Of a stretch of DNA of 64,000 nucleotides, positions 1 to 10,239 are shown in pieces. Both the position numbers and the translations under genes were made by a program. Under the pieces are notes generated by a model. The model saw only the letters and a list, made by a program, of their open reading frames with translations. It was not told the origin of the DNA and searched no databases. The stretch's first letter is position 1. Every line of letters begins with the position of its first letter. The DNA is taken from NCBI GenBank assembly GCA_020161505.1, contig JAIUNY010000005.1:8003-72002 (forward strand), in the 5' to 3' direction. Origin of the DNA: Armatimonadota bacterium. Its GTDB lineage: Bacteria > Armatimonadota > Fimbriimonadia > Fimbriimonadales > Fimbriimonadaceae.

Positions 1-3
1 GGG

Positions 4-2994
4 ATGGTATCGGGCACTCAGGCCGTAGATCGCGCTCTCGTTCAGCTCTCCGCCTTCCAGAAAGAGCTCGATCAGCTGAAGTCCGTTCCGCTTAATTCGG
101 AGCAACTGCAATCGAAAGCGGCGGCACTCTCCGCCACGGCAATCGAGCTGAGATCATCGCTGAGCTCGCTAGACGATTCCTTTAGCATGTCGGTGGATGC
201 ATCGAGCGAGGGGCGATCCAAAGAGCGAATCTACCTCCTCTTTTCGCTCGGAGGCGGCGTCTTGATCTTGATGGCGGGGGCGACCTTGGCCGTCTTGGCG
301 AGGTTACAGAGAGGTTACGCCGAATCGGTCAGCGAGAAGGCCGACCTGGTGGAGCAAAACGCCGCTCTGGCCGAAACGACCGAGGAACTCCAGCGGGAAA
401 AGGAACTCCTTCTTCAACACCAAAAGGAGTTGGAACAGAGCCGCCAAGAGATCCAAGACGCTTTGGAGCACGCGGAAATCCAGACCGCGATGCATGACCA
501 TGCGTCGCGAAGATTTCAATCTCTGTTTGAAGGCTTGCCCGTCGGGTGCATGACATTCGATGGCGACGGCACGGTGTTCGAGTGGAACCAGCGGATGAGC
601 GACATCATGGACCAACCGCGCCACCTTGCCTTGCTCAACCCCATCACGTCCGCACTGAAGGGTTTTGGTCAAGATGATTTGCTCCTCGACACTCTGCGTC
701 GGACGGTGCAGGATGGCGAGAAAGTCACCCTGGAGTACTCGTTTGAGACGGGAACCGGTCCGAGAGTGGCCGAGTTTGTGTTCTTCCCGCTGAACGACCA
801 TCGAGGGGTCATTGTCGGAGGCATCGCCTGCGCGCTCGACGTGACGGAAGAGATCGCTCGCCAAAAGCAAATTGAGAGCATGGCGCGCTTCCAGAGCGTC
901 GTCCTCGACTCCACCGAGTACGCAATGATCACATGCGATATCGGCGGGGTCATTACCGGCTTCAATTCCGCAGCGGAGAAGCTTCTTCAGTACGATGCCC
1001 GCGAAGTCTTGGGCGAAAAGCCGATTGCCGATCTTCACCTGGAAACAGAGCTGGAACTCTGGGCCGCCGAGTTGGCCGAGGCTACGGGGAACGAGCAGAT
1101 TTCCGCTTTCGAGGCACTGGTGCATCACGCCAATCAAGGCAAGGCGAGTGACGTCGAGTGGCAATACGTTCGCAAAGACGGTTCCACTTTCGACGCCGAG
1201 GTCATGATCACGGCCTTGCGCGATGAGCACGGAGAAGTGACCGGCTATCTCGCGGTGGCTAAGGATGTGACTCAGGAGAAAGCCAACGCCGAGCGGCTCG
1301 TCACGTTGAGCTTGGTCGCTCAAGAAGCCGCCAACGGGGTTGTCATCATGGACGCCTCCGGACATGCCTTGTTCGTCAATCCCGCCTTTGCCAAGATCTC
1401 CGGCTACACCAGCGACGAGATTCTCGGTCAAGCCCCTTACTCCCTGCGTCAGAGCGAATCGACCGATGAAGCGGTGTTTGCCAGCCTCACGAAGGCGATC
1501 CGAGCCCAATCACCGTTTGATGGAGATCTCGAATTTCTGCGTCCCGACGGCACGAGCTACTGGGTGCGCTTAGCCCTCTCGGTCAGCCGGGACGAGTTGG
1601 GTGTGTGCAGTCACCTCATCGCCATTGAAGAAGACATCACCGAGCGCAAGAACGCTGAGTTCAAGATTCTGGCGAGCGAGCAGCGGTTCCGTGACGTGGT
1701 GGAGGCAGCAGGCGAATACATCTGGGAAGTCGATACCGAGTTCCGGTACACCTATGTATCAGACCAAGTCACGGATGTTTCGGGCTACCTCGTTGAGGAG
1801 CTTTTGGGCCGAAACATGCTGGACATGGTGGCCAAGCCCGATATCCGCAAAGCTCAAAATGCGGTGGCAGAAGCCATGCTGGCCGGCAAGGGATTCTCGA
1901 ACCTGGTGTTCCAGAGTCTCCACAAGGACGGCCACATCATCTGGGAGAGGGTGAATGCTTTGCCGATTCGAGATGCCCACGGCGAGGTGATCGGATTCCG
2001 GGGAACAGGCCTGGACATCACGCTGCAAAAGGTGGCGGAAGACAATCTCGCTGCGGCCAAAGAACGGATTTCTGGAATCTTGGAAAGTATTCAAGACCGA
2101 TTCTATTCGCTGAACAAGAACCGGAAATTCACCTACGCCAACGGCTCATCGGCCGAAGGATATGGGATGGAGCCGGAGCAGCTTTTGGGCAAGCACATCA
2201 AAGAACTGCACCCCGAAGAGTACTGGTCGGTGCTGTGGGATGTGTTTGACCAGGTTCAGAAGACTGGCGAACCAAGCGATTTGGAGATGTACCACCCGCC
2301 CTCCGATACGTGGCTCGAATTCCGCGTCTATCCGGGTCAGAACGGCGGCATCAGCGTCTTCTACCAAGACATCACCGAGCGGAAGCTCATCCTCGGCAAA
2401 ATCGAGGAGCAGATGGCTCGCCTCAACGAAGCAAATCTCCACATGGAGATCCAGCAGATGCAGCTGGAGGACGCCAACGCCAAACTCCGAAATCTGGCAT
2501 CAACCGACGGTCTCACGGGGCTGAAGAACCACAAAACGTTCCAGGAATATCTGCACGATCAATACCACGCGGCGGAGACCGTCGGGCTTGAGCTCGGGGT
2601 GATCCTGTTGGACGTCGATAAGTTCAAGCAGTACAACGATGGTTTTGGTCACTTGGCGGGAGACGAAGTGCTGAAGGGTGTCGCGCGGATTTTGCGCGAG
2701 GCCGTGCCGGAGCCTCATCTGCCGGCACGATACGGCGGTGAGGAGTTTGTCATTGTCACCGTTGGGTTGAACGAAGCGGAGACCTGGGAGATGGCAGAAG
2801 AAGTCCGGATGCGCCTTGAAGAGCATGAGTGGCCGCACCGCGAGGTGACGGGCAGCTTCGGCGTTTCCATGTTCGGCCCTCACGTGGAGAGTCGTCAGCA
2901 CCTCATCGACCTGGCGGATAAGGCGCTATATGCTTCCAAGGAAGGGGGTCGCAACCGCGTAACTCTGTCGAGCGATCTCCGAAAAGCGGCGTGA
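4..2994 (+). CDS. Multi-PAS sensor diguanylate cyclase, probably N-terminally truncated by the window edge
   Basis: TM segment near the N-terminus, coiled coil, several PAS/PAC repeats (e.g. RKDGSTF, RPDGTSYW, HKDGHIIW), TDGLTGL linker and RYGGEEF motif. Confidence 0.93.
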   Translation: MVSGTQAVDRALVQLSAFQKELDQLKSVPLNSEQLQSKAAALSATAIELRSSLSSLDDSFSMSVDASSEGRSKERIYLLFSLGGGVLILMAGATLAVLARLQRGYAESVSEKADLVEQNAALAETTEELQREKELLLQHQKELEQSRQEIQDALEHAEIQTAMHDHASRRFQSLFEGLPVGCMTFDGDGTVFEWNQRMSDIMDQPRHLALLNPITSALKGFGQDDLLLDTLRRTVQDGEKVTLEYSFETGTGPRVAEFVFFPLNDHRGVIVGGIACALDVTEEIARQKQIESMARFQSVVLDSTEYAMITCDIGGVITGFNSAAEKLLQYDAREVLGEKPIADLHLETELELWAAELAEATGNEQISAFEALVHHANQGKASDVEWQYVRKDGSTFDAEVMITALRDEHGEVTGYLAVAKDVTQEKANAERLVTLSLVAQEAANGVVIMDASGHALFVNPAFAKISGYTSDEILGQAPYSLRQSESTDEAVFASLTKAIRAQSPFDGDLEFLRPDGTSYWVRLALSVSRDELGVCSHLIAIEEDITERKNAEFKILASEQRFRDVVEAAGEYIWEVDTEFRYTYVSDQVTDVSGYLVEELLGRNMLDMVAKPDIRKAQNAVAEAMLAGKGFSNLVFQSLHKDGHIIWERVNALPIRDAHGEVIGFRGTGLDITLQKVAEDNLAAAKERISGILESIQDRFYSLNKNRKFTYANGSSAEGYGMEPEQLLGKHIKELHPEEYWSVLWDVFDQVQKTGEPSDLEMYHPPSDTWLEFRVYPGQNGGISVFYQDITERKLILGKIEEQMARLNEANLHMEIQQMQLEDANAKLRNLASTDGLTGLKNHKTFQEYLHDQYHAAETVGLELGVILLDVDKFKQYNDGFGHLAGDEVLKGVARILREAVPEPHLPARYGGEEFVIVTVGLNEAETWEMAEEVRMRLEEHEWPHREVTGSFGVSMFGPHVESRQHLIDLADKALYASKEGGRNRVTLSSDLRKAA

Positions 2995-3066
2995 TCGTTG
3001 GTTCGGAAGTCCCGCGCCCAGGGACGAGCGGAACCCTGCTCGGCAGGTAACCTCTTCTGCATTCTT

Positions 3067-4002
3067 ATGCACCACACAGTTGCGATCATTGGTTCTGGGC
3101 CGGCGGGATACACAGCGGCGATTTATGCGGGACGAGCGGATCTGAATCCGGTTGTCTTTGCGGGCCCCGAGCCGGGCGGACAGCTGATGATCACGACCGA
3201 CGTGGAGAACTATCCCGGCTTTCCCGAAGGTGTGATGGGGCCGGAGATGATGCAGCTTTTCCAGAAGCAAGCGGAGCGATTTGGCGCCGACGTAAGGTTC
3301 GAAATTGTCACCAAGGTCGATCTCTCGGCGGCCCCGTTCAAGATCTGGGTCAGCGATGCGGAGCACACGGCCGAGACCGTGATCATTTCCACCGGTGCCT
3401 CGGCAAAGTGGATTGGCCTGGAGGGCGAGAAGACCTTTGGAGGGTTCGGCGTCAGTGCCTGCGCGACGTGCGATGGGTTCTTCTTTAGGGGCAAAGAAGT
3501 GATTGTCGTCGGGGGCGGCGACACCGCGATGGAGGAGGCGAACTACCTCACCCGTCATGCCAGCAAGGTCTATGTGGTTCACCGCCGAGATTCCTTCCGG
3601 GCGAGCAAGATCATGCAACAGCGCGTGCTGGACAACCCGAAGATCGAGGTGATTTGGAACAGCGCGGTCGTGGACATTCACGGCGATGTGGAACCGCACA
3701 AGAAATTGAAGGCGGTCACCCTCGAAGACACCGTGACTGGCGAGCGCAAGCAGATGCCGATTGACGGTCTCTTTGTCGCCATCGGTCACAAGCCGAATAG
3801 TGATGTCTTCACCGATTGGCTGCAAACCGACGATCTGGGCTACCTCCTCGTCGAAAAGGGCACCGCGACGACGTCGATCCCTGGCGTCTTTGCGTGCGGC
3901 GATGTGACGGATCGGGTTTATCGACAAGCCGTGACCGCTGCGGGAACGGGATGCATGGCAGCGATCGAGGCGGAGCGCTACTTGGAATCGGTCGGGCACT
4001 AA
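3067..4002 (+). CDS. trxB: Thioredoxin-disulfide reductase
   Basis: GSGPAG FAD motif, CATCDG redox motif and GGGDTA NADPH motif. Start placed at ATG 3067 (MHHTVAIIG). Confidence 0.97.
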   Translation: MHHTVAIIGSGPAGYTAAIYAGRADLNPVVFAGPEPGGQLMITTDVENYPGFPEGVMGPEMMQLFQKQAERFGADVRFEIVTKVDLSAAPFKIWVSDAEHTAETVIISTGASAKWIGLEGEKTFGGFGVSACATCDGFFFRGKEVIVVGGGDTAMEEANYLTRHASKVYVVHRRDSFRASKIMQQRVLDNPKIEVIWNSAVVDIHGDVEPHKKLKAVTLEDTVTGERKQMPIDGLFVAIGHKPNSDVFTDWLQTDDLGYLLVEKGTATTSIPGVFACGDVTDRVYRQAVTAAGTGCMAAIEAERYLESVGH

Positions 4003-4053
4003 AAACGTCCGATCATTCGCGGGCGCGATTGCGTCGTTAGGAAAAGGAGAACA

Positions 4054-5202
4054 ATGATCACCTCACTGGTAGCTTGGAAAGTGCTCGCTTTGGCGACCTC
4101 GCAGGAGGCCCCGAATCCTCAGGAAGAAGAGACTCCGCGAGATTTTCTTTCTGCCGAAATGCCAGGGATCGCGGGGATGCCGACGACCCTGACGCTTCAG
4201 CACTTCGTGTTTCCGATGGCGGAGCCGAAGACATCGCCCAAGCACCTGTGGAAGTTTCCCTTTGTCACCGCCGGGTTTGTGAAGACCTCGAAAGAGGGCG
4301 AAAACTTCAGCCCGCGATTCCGAGTGTTTGCCCAGTCTCGCCGGGTGCCGGATCCCCCCTTGATGCACGACGACGTGGCTCAGTGGTCTACCCGGATGTT
4401 CTTGCGGTTGTGGGATTACAACTTCGCCCGTCTCCGGATCGACCATTCGGAGCGGTTCCGACGCGGCGTGGACGTCTACCTCTGCTTTGCCGGGGATGCC
4501 GGAGGCGAGCATCTTTTTGATGTCGACACCTTCGATACCGATGCCAGCGGGAATCCAAAGCGGGTGAACACGATTTACATCTATCAGGTCCATCGGATCG
4601 CGGCTCCGATCCAGTTGAGCCGGGAGATTGCTCACGAATACGGCCACGCGATTCTTCCCGCCATCGGACCGTACGAAGGCCCCGAAGATTGGGCGAATGG
4701 AGAAGTGGGCGAACGGCTCTACCTCCAATGGCTCCGAGACGATTTGGTTGCCGGCAAGCTCAGCACCGACGATATGGTTCACACCGATGTCGCCGCGCTC
4801 GACGAATATCTAGCGAAAAACGTCCATCCGATGGTCGTTTCGATGGGAACGAAGGGGCCGAATCGAGAACTGCTCGGCGGAAAGTCGAAGGAGTCGTTCT
4901 ACGAATATGTGGCTTTGACCACCTACGTTGGCCAGATTTTGCCCTCCCGGGTTTTTGGGAGGTCTCTGATGCTGACGGGGTCGCAGAAGGCGATGGACTA
5001 TGAACAAGCGATCCGAGATGCGGTCGCCGAGGTTCCGTCGCTGGAGATCACGGTGCCAGCGGTTTTGAAAGGGAAGTCGATCTACCTTCCAGTGGGCGAA
5101 AAGGCGAAGCTCTCTGGCGCAAAGGTGCTCTCTCGGTCGAACGGCTGGGCGAAGGTTCAGCCAAGCGCTGCGAAAATCAAAGTGACTCAACCAGAGAGCT
5201 GA
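4054..5202 (+). CDS. Secreted hypothetical protein with a HExxH zinc-metallopeptidase motif
   Basis: Strong SD (AAGGAG), hydrophobic N-terminus, AHEYGH motif followed by WANGE. Confidence 0.65.
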   Translation: MITSLVAWKVLALATSQEAPNPQEEETPRDFLSAEMPGIAGMPTTLTLQHFVFPMAEPKTSPKHLWKFPFVTAGFVKTSKEGENFSPRFRVFAQSRRVPDPPLMHDDVAQWSTRMFLRLWDYNFARLRIDHSERFRRGVDVYLCFAGDAGGEHLFDVDTFDTDASGNPKRVNTIYIYQVHRIAAPIQLSREIAHEYGHAILPAIGPYEGPEDWANGEVGERLYLQWLRDDLVAGKLSTDDMVHTDVAALDEYLAKNVHPMVVSMGTKGPNRELLGGKSKESFYEYVALTTYVGQILPSRVFGRSLMLTGSQKAMDYEQAIRDAVAEVPSLEITVPAVLKGKSIYLPVGEKAKLSGAKVLSRSNGWAKVQPSAAKIKVTQPES

Positions 5203-5229
5203 AGTCGAGATTTCCCGTGGAGGAAGGGG

Positions 5230-5259
5230 CAGGCCAGCGAATTCGACTTCGCTGGCCTG
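5230..5259. terminator. Hairpin between convergent genes
   Basis: Perfect 12-bp stem CAGGCCAGCGAA/TTCGCTGGCCTG with a 6-nt loop. Confidence 0.6.
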
Positions 5260-5278
5260 AGCCATTTGAGGAGGATCG

Positions 5279-6007
5279 CTACTTGAGCTCCGACATTGGG
5301 TCGTACCAGTCTCTCGTCGGAGGTGCGCCCGGTGTTTGAGCCCATGTTTGCTCGAATCGATGGTTCTTGGCGTGACCATCTGCGAAGAGATAGTTGGCAG
5401 CCTTCCCGTCGATGTCGTACCACAAGGTGCGGGGCAGACGCCGCATCATATCCCACCCTCTCATGTGGAACATTGTGCCGCCTTGATAGACGGGCACGCG
5501 CGCAGGGGAACCCCAGAACATCGGCATGAAGTGGTCAGGATTGACCGTGGTTGCCGGAGTGAACCACTTGAGTTCATCCCGCACCGGAGCGGAGAAGATC
5601 GTGAGCGAAGGATTCGCCGGTTGGGAAAGAGTCATTCCGTAGTACGGCGGATGCAAGGCATCAAAGTATGCGTTGAGCCCGTAGGTGGTCCAGCGTGTAC
5701 CCTTGCCCCATTCAGCTGAGTTGTCAAGCGGCGAACGATTCAGGAGCCGGTTCTTGGCATAGGGCTGAAGCTCATCGACCCAAGTGATCTGGTGGGCTCC
5801 CATCATCTTGACCATCGGAATCCGGTCGTCGTAGTCGCCTCCGTAGAGCATCAGGGCCAGACCGATCTGCTTCATATTGCTCAGATCCGCCACCTTCTTG
5901 GCCGCCTGCTTGGCCTGGGCAAATACCGGGAAGAGAATCGCAGCGAGGATAGCGATGATCGCGATGACGACGAGGAGCTCGATCAGGGTAAAGGCGTGGC
6001 GTTTCAT
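5279..6007 (-). CDS. Prepilin-type N-terminal cleavage/methylation domain protein (DUF1559/H-X9-DG-like)
   Basis: [30 protein letters not shown]-terminus, SNMKQIGLA segment and [11 protein letters not shown]-terminal motif. Confidence 0.92.
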   Translation of the reverse strand: MKRHAFTLIELLVVIAIIAILAAILFPVFAQAKQAAKKVADLSNMKQIGLALMLYGGDYDDRIPMVKMMGAHQITWVDELQPYAKNRLLNRSPLDNSAEWGKGTRWTTYGLNAYFDALHPPYYGMTLSQPANPSLTIFSAPVRDELKWFTPATTVNPDHFMPMFWGSPARVPVYQGGTMFHMRGWDMMRRLPRTLWYDIDGKAANYLFADGHAKNHRFEQTWAQTPGAPPTRDWYDPMSELK

Positions 6008-6666
6008 CCTCGGCTTCCCAGGCGGCAGCCTGATGTCATCTCGGTCGGCGCCGGACGCGTTTCCATGTTTCGGTCTTTGACCTTGGCGAGCTTGGCGATT
6101 CGGGCGGTGACTTCCGCGAGCATGGGTGCCGAATAGCCTGGGTAAGCCAGCTCGATCTTCCCGCTCTGATTCACCAGCCTCGTGGCCAGACCGGCTTCGG
6201 CTTTGTAAGCCTTGGCGATCGTGCCCTTCGGGTCGGCGATCACTCGGAACTGAGGCCTGGTTTCCTTGCGCCAGGCGGCAGCCGTTTTCTGGTCACCAAA
6301 CACGATGCCGACAACGTTGGCGACATCCTTGTAGTGGTTGTGCACGCGGTCGATGTAGGGTCGCCCGCTGGTGCAACAGGGGCAGCCGTTTTCAATGAAA
6401 ACCAGCAGCGTCGGACGCTTGATGAGATCTTTGAGATTGACGACTTTGCCCAAGTGATCCTTGGTGCTGAAGTCGGGAGCCTTTGTCCCGATCAGCGCTC
6501 GGGCGGCCTTCGTGGCTTCCGATTCGGTGACATGGCCGGCTTCTTTGCCGTCTTGGTCGCGGGTGTGGTCGTGGTCTTCCTTGTTCTGGAAGACGAGCGT
6601 CGATGAGGTCGCAGGCATGCAAAGCAGCAGCCCAAGACACGCGAATGCGTAGGGGTTTGATTTCAT
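6004..6666 (-). CDS. Secreted redoxin (AhpC/TSA-like thioredoxin fold)
   Basis: Signal peptide, GTKAPDF, GCPCC (CxxC) motif and [11 protein letters not shown]. Stop overlaps the start of the prepilin-like gene. Confidence 0.75.
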   Translation of the reverse strand: MKSNPYAFACLGLLLCMPATSSTLVFQNKEDHDHTRDQDGKEAGHVTESEATKAARALIGTKAPDFSTKDHLGKVVNLKDLIKRPTLLVFIENGCPCCTSGRPYIDRVHNHYKDVANVVGIVFGDQKTAAAWRKETRPQFRVIADPKGTIAKAYKAEAGLATRLVNQSGKIELAYPGYSAPMLAEVTARIAKLAKVKDRNMETRPAPTEMTSGCRLGSRG

Positions 6667-6744
6667 TGCTAGATGAGTGAAATGGGGGTCAAGCCAGCCG
6701 AGGTGACGGAGTCAGGTCGGCGGGACAGAGATTTTGGAGTTCAC

Positions 6745-7146
6745 TCAGGCAAGTTGGGGAGGGGGAGTGGTGATGTCCTTTGATTCGGGCAGCAGGGTGC
6801 CGATGCGCCGTGCGACTTGAGCCGATCCGGACGGGAGGAGAGGAATGAGGAACGAACCGCTTGCCAACGGCAGGTCGAGCGCTGGAACAGAGAGAACGTA
6901 AACCGTGAGCTTCTCGCTGGAAGCTCCCTGATCCGCCGACTGAGCTTCCGCGCAGCGGCACTGCTCAAACGCTGCGTCGCCGATCTCGGGCGACACCAAT
7001 GTGCCTTGCTTCTCAATTCTCTGGACAACGGCCGCAGGGCAGTGAACCCCTTCAGCGGTTTTGGGATACGTCGAGAGCGCAAACGAGAGGATCACCAAGA
7101 GCGAGAAGGCGATCAAGCCAAGCTCCCGGACAAGCTCCCGAATCAT
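6745..7146 (-). CDS. Small membrane-anchored hypothetical protein with HCP and CxC motifs and a C-terminal PPP (DUF2946-like layout)
   Basis: N-terminal TM helix, VHCPAA, QCRCA and TTPPPQLA. Start re-assigned to ATG 7146. Family call is by pattern only. Confidence 0.55.
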   Translation of the reverse strand: MIRELVRELGLIAFSLLVILSFALSTYPKTAEGVHCPAAVVQRIEKQGTLVSPEIGDAAFEQCRCAEAQSADQGASSEKLTVYVLSVPALDLPLASGSFLIPLLPSGSAQVARRIGTLLPESKDITTPPPQLA

Positions 7147-7415
7147 CTTGCGGTTTCCCACAGGCCCGCAGATTACCCGTAGCGAAACGGGAAACCGGGA
7201 AGGTACAACCCATAAGACACCCCAGCAACGGAGCTTGGGCGCGTGCAATGAAGCCTCCAGGGATCAGAGTCTCTGGAGGCTTCTCACGTTTTCCACCGCA
7301 AGTTCCGACAAACGAGGCCCGGGCACCAGGCAACGACCCTTCGTCGCCTAGTAACCTGATCCCCAGCCGAGGGTCGCCGTCATTTCGATCACGTAGGTCA
7401 GCAGGAACCAAAACC

Positions 7416-8825
7416 ATGACAGGAAAAGAAGCGCTCGAACTCATTCACGAGAATGAATCACAATTCGTCGATATTCGCTTTACCGATCCGTTTGGCATGT
7501 GGCATCACTTTACGATGCCGGCTCATGCCTTCGATGCCGATGCTTTCGAAGACGGATTGGCCTTCGATGGTTCCAGCATCCGCGGATTCAAGGCGATCAA
7601 TGAAAGCGACATGAAGCTGATGCCGGATCCGAGCACGGTCTTCATGGATCCGTTCACTGAGCACACGACGGCGGTAGTGATCTGCAACATCGAAGATCCA
7701 ATCACCGGCGAACCGTACTCCCGCGACCCGCGCTACACGGCTCAGAAGGCACAGGAATATCTCAAGTCCACCGGAATCGCGGACATCGCGTTCTTCGGGC
7801 CGGAAGCCGAGTTCTTTGTCTTCGACAAGATGGCGTACCGCAACGATCCGCAAAACGCTTTCTTCTCCCTCGATAGCATCGAAGCAAGCTGGAACAGTGG
7901 CAACGATGACGCCCTGGGTTACACCCAACGCGTCAAGGGCGGCTACTTCCCGTGCGCTCCGGCCGACAAGCTCCACGACATGCGCTCCAGCATGGTTCTG
8001 GCCTTGGAAGATGTGGGAATCCAGACGGAAATCCACCACCACGAGGTCGCTGGTGCCGGTCAGTGCGAAATCGACGTCCGGTTCGACGAGCTGCTCAAGA
8101 TGGCCGACAAGATGATGAAGTACAAGTACGTCGTCAAGAATGTCGCCGCCCAATACGGAGCCACCGTGACCTTCATGCCGAAGCCTCTGTTCGGCGACAA
8201 CGGTAGCGGCATGCACGTCCACCAAAGCCTCTGGAAGAACGGCGAGAACCTGTTCTACGACGAGACCGGCTATGCGGGGCTGAGCGACATGGCTCGCTGG
8301 TACATCGGCGGCATCCTGAAGCATGCTCCGGCGCTGCTCGCGTTCACCAACCCGAGCACCAACAGCTATCGACGACTGGTTCCGGGCTACGAAGCTCCGA
8401 TCAACCTGGTCTATTCCGCGCGAAACCGATCGGCGTGCATCCGCATCCCGATGGTCGGCAACTCGCCGAAGGCCAAGCGGATCGAGTTCCGCGCTCCAGA
8501 TCCGACGGCGAACCCGTACTTCGCTTTTGCTGCCATGATGATGGCGGGTCTCGACGGCATCCAAAACAAGATCGAACCGCCGGCACCGGTGGACAAGGAT
8601 CTTTACGAACTCGCTCCGGAAGAAAAAACGGACATCCCGCAGACTCCGGGCTCGCTTCGTGAAGTGCTCCACGCGCTCAAGGCCGACCACGAGTTCCTGC
8701 TCAAGGGTGATGTCTTCACGAAGGATCTCATCGAGGCGTACATCAACTTCAAGCTAGTCAACGAGTGCGATGCGATCGATCTTCGCCCGCACCCGTACGA
8801 GTTCTATCTCTACAGCGACATCTAA
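7416..8825 (+). CDS. glnA: Glutamine synthetase type I
   Basis: 469 aa from ATG 7416. [43 protein letters not shown] and adenylylation-site DKDLY motifs. Confidence 0.98.
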   Translation: MTGKEALELIHENESQFVDIRFTDPFGMWHHFTMPAHAFDADAFEDGLAFDGSSIRGFKAINESDMKLMPDPSTVFMDPFTEHTTAVVICNIEDPITGEPYSRDPRYTAQKAQEYLKSTGIADIAFFGPEAEFFVFDKMAYRNDPQNAFFSLDSIEASWNSGNDDALGYTQRVKGGYFPCAPADKLHDMRSSMVLALEDVGIQTEIHHHEVAGAGQCEIDVRFDELLKMADKMMKYKYVVKNVAAQYGATVTFMPKPLFGDNGSGMHVHQSLWKNGENLFYDETGYAGLSDMARWYIGGILKHAPALLAFTNPSTNSYRRLVPGYEAPINLVYSARNRSACIRIPMVGNSPKAKRIEFRAPDPTANPYFAFAAMMMAGLDGIQNKIEPPAPVDKDLYELAPEEKTDIPQTPGSLREVLHALKADHEFLLKGDVFTKDLIEAYINFKLVNECDAIDLRPHPYEFYLYSDI

Positions 8826-8845
8826 GCTCGCCTCAACGAAGTCAG

Positions 8846-8887
8846 AAGCCCGGGGCATGAAGTGGTGCACCCGGGCTTTGATTTTTT
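8846..8887 (+). terminator. Rho-independent terminator of glnA
   Basis: AAGCCCGG...CCGGGCTT stem followed by TGATTTTTT. Confidence 0.75.
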
Positions 8888-8915
8888 CAGCGGAGGAGGC
8901 TGGCTCGGCTGAAAT

Positions 8916-10148
8916 CTAGTTGGCCTGCATGTTGGTGTTGGCAATCGAGACATCGGCCTGGCGGTTTTGCCGACTGATGTTCTGGAACGTGGAAGCATTC
9001 GAGGTCTCGGCGATGTATACGCCGCGCTGAACGTTTTCCAAGATGTTCGAGGTCAGTCTCGGTCGGACGGCTCCGACCACGGAGACGCCGAATCCTGTCT
9101 CACTGTTGTAGGCCCAGCTGCGGTCGAGTTGGTCGTCCACGCCTCCTTGGAGGAAGTAAGCGGAGCTGCCACAACCGACGGCACTGTTCATCGAAGCCAC
9201 CGACTCCATGGAGTTCTTCAGCCACAGGCCATAGCTCTCGGGGTAGCGGATGTCGTTGTTCGTCACCATGGTGCCGCGTGAGCCCGAGACCGTGATCCCG
9301 TCTCCGTTGATGCCTTGTCCGAGCGTTGTGGGGTTTCCGGCAACCAGATTCTTGTTGACCAGCACGCCGCTGCAGCTTCGGATCAGGACGCCGGACATCC
9401 GGTGGTTCAAAATCGTGTTGCCGACCACGCTCGCTCCGCTGCTCCCGATGAAAGTGATTCCACCTCCGCAGTCATCGACGAGCGATTGCTGGGCAACCGA
9501 ATCGATGGTGTGCCAAAACACGGTGTTGAATCGGGCCCGAGTCGCGGTGACATCCTTGAAGTTCATGGCGCGGAGATACTTACCGAAGAAGGCATTTTGC
9601 GCACCGACAATCGTCAGATTTTCGAGGCTGACCTCCTCTACAGGGTTGACCTTGAAAATACCCTGGCCTTGCTGCAAACCAGGAGGCCGCGGGAAGCGCA
9701 TCCGAACGTAGTTCGTGTCGATGATCTGCTCGATGACGTTGGTGTGTCCGTCGATGCCGTTGCCGTAGTCAACATGGATAAGATCGCCAACCTTGAGCCC
9801 GGATGAGTCCCCCGTCGCAAGCCAGGTGGAGTTCCAGGAAGGCTGGTTGACGGTGGTTCCGTAGGGAGTGATGGTGCCCTCGGCGGAAAAAGCGGGGAAG
9901 TTAGAGGTGGTCGAGAAGATCAGTCGCGTGTTGTTGCCGCGAATCGTGATGTACGACTTCATGCGGATGCCGGCAGTGACAGGAAATTCACCGGGCGGCA
10001 GAATGATCGTTCGTGGTTCGGAGGCGGAATCGATCGCGCCTTGAAGCTCACTGATCGAGTTCAGGGTGACCGTGTCGGCACTGGCCCACGCACCGAGCAA
10101 GATCGACGCGGCCAGGAAAGTTCGGCGGAGGGAAAAAACACACAACAT
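8916..10148 (-). CDS. Secreted right-handed beta-helix (pectate-lyase-like/NosD repeat) protein
   Basis: Signal peptide, LQGAIDSA...IILPPGEF start typical of beta-helices, and repeated GI/N-rich coils (DGITVSGS, GLWLKNS, GVYIAE). Confidence 0.75.
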   Translation of the reverse strand: MLCVFSLRRTFLAASILLGAWASADTVTLNSISELQGAIDSASEPRTIILPPGEFPVTAGIRMKSYITIRGNNTRLIFSTTSNFPAFSAEGTITPYGTTVNQPSWNSTWLATGDSSGLKVGDLIHVDYGNGIDGHTNVIEQIIDTNYVRMRFPRPPGLQQGQGIFKVNPVEEVSLENLTIVGAQNAFFGKYLRAMNFKDVTATRARFNTVFWHTIDSVAQQSLVDDCGGGITFIGSSGASVVGNTILNHRMSGVLIRSCSGVLVNKNLVAGNPTTLGQGINGDGITVSGSRGTMVTNNDIRYPESYGLWLKNSMESVASMNSAVGCGSSAYFLQGGVDDQLDRSWAYNSETGFGVSVVGAVRPRLTSNILENVQRGVYIAETSNASTFQNISRQNRQADVSIANTNMQAN

Positions 10149-10239
10149 CCTGCCTTGGTTCTTCCACCCGTGTCGGGCAAAAACCTCAAGGGAATTAACA
10201 GGGTCGACCCGTATCGGTACGGGTTATCCTTCGGACGCC

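Noticed and set aside
7260-7363. Canonical glutamine (glnA-RNA) or SAM-I riboswitch call for the glnA leader
   Set aside because: Only fragments resemble them (AUCAGAG, GGCCC, GGCAAC, AGUA), and key conserved nucleotides and spacing are missing. Kept only as an unassigned candidate.
6999-7415. N-terminal extension of GlnA in the ORF track; similar extensions for trxB, TolC, murG, murC, the hydrolase and rpmE2
   Set aside because: Homology begins at internal starts that give the expected protein lengths.
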